The notes below the pieces were generated by a model. It saw only the letters and a list, made by a program, of their open reading frames with translations. It was not told where the DNA came from and ran no database searches. The position numbers and the translations under genes were made by a program. A DNA stretch of 64,000 nucleotides from a virus, in the IMG/VR virus record IMGVR_UViG_3300009408_000002, positions 12,916 to 76,915 of that record. The stretch is one strand, 5' to 3'. Shown piece after piece: positions 60,093 through 64,000 of this stretch. Each line of letters starts with the position of its first letter. Position 1 is the stretch's first letter.

Positions 60093-60311
60093 CTAGATGA
60101 TCTCCCCGTTCTTGCGAGCCTTTCTGACCTGCTTCTCCAGCTTCATGACCTTGCGATACTGCTCGTTGATGGCGCTATCAAGAGCCGACAACTCGCCCCA
60201 GTTCTTTGTGGAAGTGTGGACATAGGAATACGTCCGGCATAGCGAAGCCAGCCGATCCTTGCCCATACTGAGTTCACGAGATATGTCACGGGTCGGGAGT
60301 GTACGTGCCAT
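60093..60311 (-). CDS. Hypothetical protein
   Basis: SD GGAGG; ORF. Confidence 0.6.
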   Translation of the reverse strand: MARTLPTRDISRELSMGKDRLASLCRTYSYVHTSTKNWGELSALDSAINEQYRKVMKLEKQVRKARKNGEII

Positions 60312-60346
60312 AGTAGTTTAGCCTCCACAGGAAGATTGATTGATAA

Positions 60347-60419
60347 TCGGCCCCCTGGGAATCGAACCCAGCTATTACCGCTTATGAGGCGGCTGCTATC
60401 ACCAGATTGCTAGAGGCCG
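60347..60419 (-). tRNA. tRNA with CAT anticodon (probably tRNA-Ile2 rather than Met); CCA not encoded
   Basis: Cloverleaf: CGGCCTC/GGGGCCG-A acceptor, GCCGC-CTCATAA-GCGGT anticodon arm, CTGGG-TTCGATT-CCCAG T arm. Confidence 0.9.
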
Positions 60420-60424
60420 TGCTG

Positions 60425-60920
60425 CGCATCCAACTTCTTGAAAAGGACAGGTGAAACTTATGTCAGTTGAGTCTTGCGAATTGTCTTGGCCCACGTTGCA
60501 ATAACGTCAAGCCCTGTATGCAAGACTCACTTACCGTTCAGCCCCCGAACATCGTTATTTGCACCATGGATACCAGCCTCCGAAGGCGGAACCAATAGGT
60601 GCCATTTATGTGGGACCAATGAAAGGCAAGCCTGAACCTGTCACGGTACTCCAATCACGGCGGGAGAGTGTTGCCTTGATATACTCAAGACGCGCCGTCT
60701 GAACCATAGGGCCAGCCCCCATCATTGGACCAGTTACTAAGCGCTCAACACCAATAGCGTTGACTCACCGGCTTACTGATAAGTTAGGTAAACCTATCGC
60801 CCTGATTCTTTAGATTTATGCACGGCACAATATGCCAAGCTATTAGCCTGGCGCAGCCATGTAAATCAATGACAAGAGCTGACTGAGCCACCGTTGACTC
60901 ACTGACCGAGCTTTACATAT
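60425..60920 (-). ncRNA. Candidate large structured non-coding RNA
   Basis: No ORF of 60 aa or more in any frame; many nested helices; directly upstream of the tRNA; strand inferred. Confidence 0.5.
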
Positions 60921-61384
60921 CGCCATTGCTCAAGCCTTACTGCCAGGTTGCCATATTAGGTATGACCGCCGTACTAGGTGAGTTTCGGATCACCGTTCCA
61001 GCCAGCTTACTACTACCACCGGCCCAGCCGGCAGCCAGCCGCCTCAGCGCAACCGTCGTGCCGAACCCGGCAGATTCTTTTCAAGTCCAGCGCCAGCCTC
61101 GACTTGCGGAAGATCGGCCAGTCCGGCATGCCGCTTGCTAGGTGCAGCAGGAATGCTGCGATTTACCGGTTTTGGCGCAGAATTTCCGCTGCACCCCGGT
61201 AATCGACCGCCCGCTGGCGCGCGAAGCTGCGCTGGCTTGACTGCAACCACAATCTGCATATATGGTGTAAGTTATTGACACATTGACGCAGATCCCCGCC
61301 CCCCTCCTCCAGAATAATGCCATATACAGAGAAATATATTTCAGCCCAACCGAAGTAGTTAGTAGTTGCCTCGCGCAGCGAAAT

Positions 61385-61608
61385 CCCCCGCCCCATCCAC
61401 GCCCTAAGTTGGCTTTATATAGGAATCTAGCTAAAATGGCCTGATTACGCAGTTGCAGTCAAGCCTGACGCCAGTCATAGCGAACGCCGCCCCACCCCCC
61501 GCCCCTAATTCGTTCTATATAGGAATTTTCATAACGAGCCGTGATTTTTGTAGTCAAGCCTGACGCCAGTCATGCCAAACGCCGCCCCCCCCCCGCCCCC
61601 CCGCCCCT
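61385..61608. repeat. Imperfect ~95-100 bp tandem repeat with exact 22-bp core
   Basis: AGTCAAGCCTGACGCCAGTCAT at 61457-61478 and 61552-61573; TATATAGGAAT twice; C-rich tracts. Confidence 0.85.
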
Positions 61609-61703
61609 GTATCGGTTTTCTTAACGCGACGCATATATGTGCATATACGCGCGCGCGCGTGAAAACAGGCGCGAATGGACGCCAGGTATGAGCATGCGCA
61701 AAA

Positions 61704-61778
61704 GCTGGCGCCCACTTCGCGCGCCCGCATTGCTGGCGCCCACTTCGCGCACGCGCATTGCTGGCGCCCACTTCGCGC
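61704..61778. repeat. Three direct repeats, 28-bp period
   Basis: GCTGGCGCCCACTTCGCGC at 61704, 61732, 61760. Confidence 0.9.
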
Positions 61779-61847
61779 ACGCGACAACGGGCGCGCGAAA
61801 CCTGATAGCGCGCGGAAGCAAACGGCATGCCAGGTTCCGGAATGGGC

Positions 61848-61881
61848 AAAAAAAAAGCGTACACTCGGGAGTGTACGCTTT
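61848..61881 (-). terminator. Intrinsic terminator
   Basis: Stem GCGTACACT/AGTGTACGC followed by T9 on - strand just after the stop at 61894. Confidence 0.85.
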
Positions 61882-61893
61882 CGGTAAGGGCGG

Positions 61894-62292
61894 TTACTTG
61901 CTGTTGCTGGTCTTCGCCTTACGGGCCTTGCCCTTGCCTTCCTTTTCCTGCCGACGGCGGCGGCGGTACAGTTCCGCGAGAATGGGGTCTTCGGTGGCGG
62001 CCTTGCCCTTGCCCTTGCCCTTGCCCTTGGCTTCAGCGGCGGCGGGATTCGGAAGGAACACCTTGAGTTTCCATCCGGAGCCCTTAACAACCACCTTACC
62101 ATCGGCTTCCAGTTCCCTTACCATTTCTTCAGCCTGGGAGCGCCGTTCGGCAACACTTTCCGCAACCAGGAAACCGCACAATTTGTTGAGAAAGCAACCC
62201 TTCCACGGGCTTTTGACCTCGCCGGCAAGGTATGCGGCATTCGACATGCTCTCGCAAATCCCGATGTACTCCACTACCAAATCGAACAACAT
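61894..62292 (-). CDS. Small protein with Lys/Arg-rich tail (GK repeats)
   Basis: SD AGGAG before ATG 62292; (CCCTTG)n encoding GKGKGKGK; followed by terminator. Confidence 0.65.
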   Translation of the reverse strand: MLFDLVVEYIGICESMSNAAYLAGEVKSPWKGCFLNKLCGFLVAESVAERRSQAEEMVRELEADGKVVVKGSGWKLKVFLPNPAAAEAKGKGKGKGKAATEDPILAELYRRRRRQEKEGKGKARKAKTSNSK

Positions 62293-62893
62293 AGCGCTAT
62301 CTCCTATGTCACCTAAGATTGATAGATTGCACACAACGCACGGCGACAATGCGCTTTTGTGCACTTGGTACGGTTGATTCAATTGTCAAAAAACGGGGGT
62401 TTATGTTACTGCTAGAAGGTTTTGCCCTACTAGCAGTTATGGTGCTCACTCCCAGGAATTCGGCATGGGGATCCCCATCCGGGCGCTCACCGGATTGCGG
62501 TATAGCTGTCCCAGCACTGCCGCCTCGACGGCGCGCTTAGACCTCAGGACCCGGACCATTCCGCAATGGACGCCCATTTCATCATGGGCGGAAAGGATCA
62601 GTGTTGATGGCATTTCGGGTACAGAAATGATCCGCTCCAGCCTGTAAATCTTCATTCTTCTCCTCCAAGCGATTGTGAAAGATCCGTCACACACGTTCCC
62701 TGCTGCCACCGGCGGGTAGTCAACCCGCCGATAGCGCTTAATTCTTGCTAGCGCCAATACTTCCTCACGAGCATTTTCTGCCTCTCGCGGATGCGCCTAG
62801 CTAGCATCGGATTGCCGGATTCCTGTTGCCAAACCAGCCTACGCCATGACAGGGTTAGCGCCGATAGCGCTTTCTCTATCCGCTGTTGCTTGT

Positions 62894-63112
62894 TCATCTT
62901 GCTTGCCATTCGCCGGTCGAGAGATATCTCTCGTAGGCATCGTCATCGCCAAGGCTGATCAGTGCGCAGGCAATAAAGCCGAATAGCGACGATTGGTACG
63001 CGCAGTGTTCCGGGAAATCATTCACGTATTCGCTGTACTCTCCCGTGGCGTCTGCCGCATTCGCGGCTTCCAGAATCCTTCTCAGCTGTTGAATCGCTTC
63101 CTTCTTTCTCAT
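62894..63112 (-). CDS. Hypothetical early protein
   Basis: First - strand ORF after the non-coding end. Confidence 0.55.
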   Translation of the reverse strand: MRKKEAIQQLRRILEAANAADATGEYSEYVNDFPEHCAYQSSLFGFIACALISLGDDDAYERYLSTGEWQAR

Positions 63113-64000
63113 CGGTTCCCCTAGTTGTAAAAGAGTTTTTCTGACCGGGCCTTTCCCGGTCCCTTCCCTTCGATGCTACTGGCAAGCCCTACTGCATGCC
63201 ATGTGCCAAGCCCGGAAAATTCCGGTCAGATTCAGCAGGTACCAGCAACATAAACCCTCGACCGGCAAGAGCTTACGTAAAAATCATGAAATCCTGTATT
63301 CCAATTTCTGTATGGTCAAAGTAAGGATAATAACAATGAAAGGTCTAGCGTGAGTGTTCACGTTCGTGGACACTCAGTGTCCTAGTTCGGGGAATGGCGA
63401 TATAAACCATTGCTAGCACTAGACTTATGGGCATGCCTTGTGTCCACAAAAGCGGACACGTCTATCCAATTGACATAAACCCTTGCTACACATATACTTG
63501 CATCTTAGATATGAGAATCCCATTGTTAGGCATTGCGCGTTGCAAACGGTGTGCCAGCCAGGCCAGTCTCGGCATGAAATTCAGAAGAAAAACTAACATA
63601 TCTTTCATTGCACATAACGCACAGAATACGTTAGTTGCTATGTGGCGTATTCTGAAATATCTTTCTGGCATGGCGTTTGCTTGCGGCAAATCCTGGCAAG
63701 CCGTTTGCAGGAGGTAACGAAATGTTACTATGCGAAATGACGCAATATGACACATTGCGTTATCAATCGGATGTGACGCAATGTGTCACCTTGCAAGCGG
63801 CATGCCAAACCCTGGATGCTGAAAGATCTTTCAGCATCTTTTTTTGTAAGGCATGCTGTAAGGCGATCAGCAAATCCTGGCAAGGATATGTAAGGAAAGA
63901 CCTAATCGACGCAACACGTTGTCTGGTAAGGGTTTACATCAAATCATAGTTCCATGGTTTCATTCAAGGGTAAGAGTGATTTAAGGTATGAGGTAAGGGG

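Larger units (their letters stand above)
61124..63807. promoter_or_regulatory. Cluster of seven sigma54 (-24/-12) consensus motifs
   Basis: YGGCA-N6-WTGCW with exact GG-N10-GC spacing at 61124(+), 61817(-), 63193(-), 63541(-), 63666(+), 63694(+), 63792(-). Confidence 0.7.
1..64000. mobile_element. Tailed dsDNA bacteriophage genome (partial; terminase and portal N-terminus outside the window)
   Basis: Ordered portal/MuF, protease, capsid, adaptor, tail tube, chaperone, tape measure genes; replication/recombination genes; dense small ORFs; no host housekeeping genes. Confidence 0.97.

Noticed and set aside
61704-61778. CRISPR mini-array
   Set aside because: 19-bp repeats with 9-bp near-identical spacers and no cas genes; a simple tandem repeat
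60926-61887. Several low-complexity ORFs on both strands
   Set aside because: They arise from GC-rich repeats, lack SD sequences and have no protein-like features
1-64000. Stop-codon reassignment, diversity-generating retroelement, introns or inteins
   Set aside because: Genes are intact under the standard code using all three stops; no reverse transcriptase, homing endonuclease or intein motifs recognised

Overview
The whole window is most of the genome of a tailed dsDNA phage, probably with a long non-contractile tail and a Mu-like head module. It starts inside the portal gene, and no terminase is visible. The + strand (1-41.5 kb) carries the head, neck and tail genes, then YqaJ/RecT recombination, a P4/D5-type primase-helicase followed by an origin-like inverted repeat, three glycosyltransferases, MazG and a thermonuclease. 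The - strand (41.5-63.1 kb) carries an SNF2 helicase, a RecA-like ATPase / second DNA ligase operon, a Ycf46 AAA-DUF1257-DUF2997 module, ParB, many small early-type genes, a polynucleotide-kinase-like protein and a tRNA(CAT). The strongest candidate for a new system is in the head module. An ATP-dependent DNA ligase polyprotein (with two nucleotidyltransferase repeats and a HiPIP-like Cys4 domain) lies between portal-MuF and a prohead protease/scaffold that is itself fused to two LigD-type 3'-phosphoesterase domains. This suggests a virion-packaged, protease-released, Ku-less end-healing and sealing kit. Other notable features are a ~500-nt multi-helix non-coding region abutting the tRNA (candidate large ncRNA) and a cluster of seven sigma54 -24/-12 motifs with IHF-like boxes near the right end. 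All family calls are from motif recognition by eye; no database search was run.
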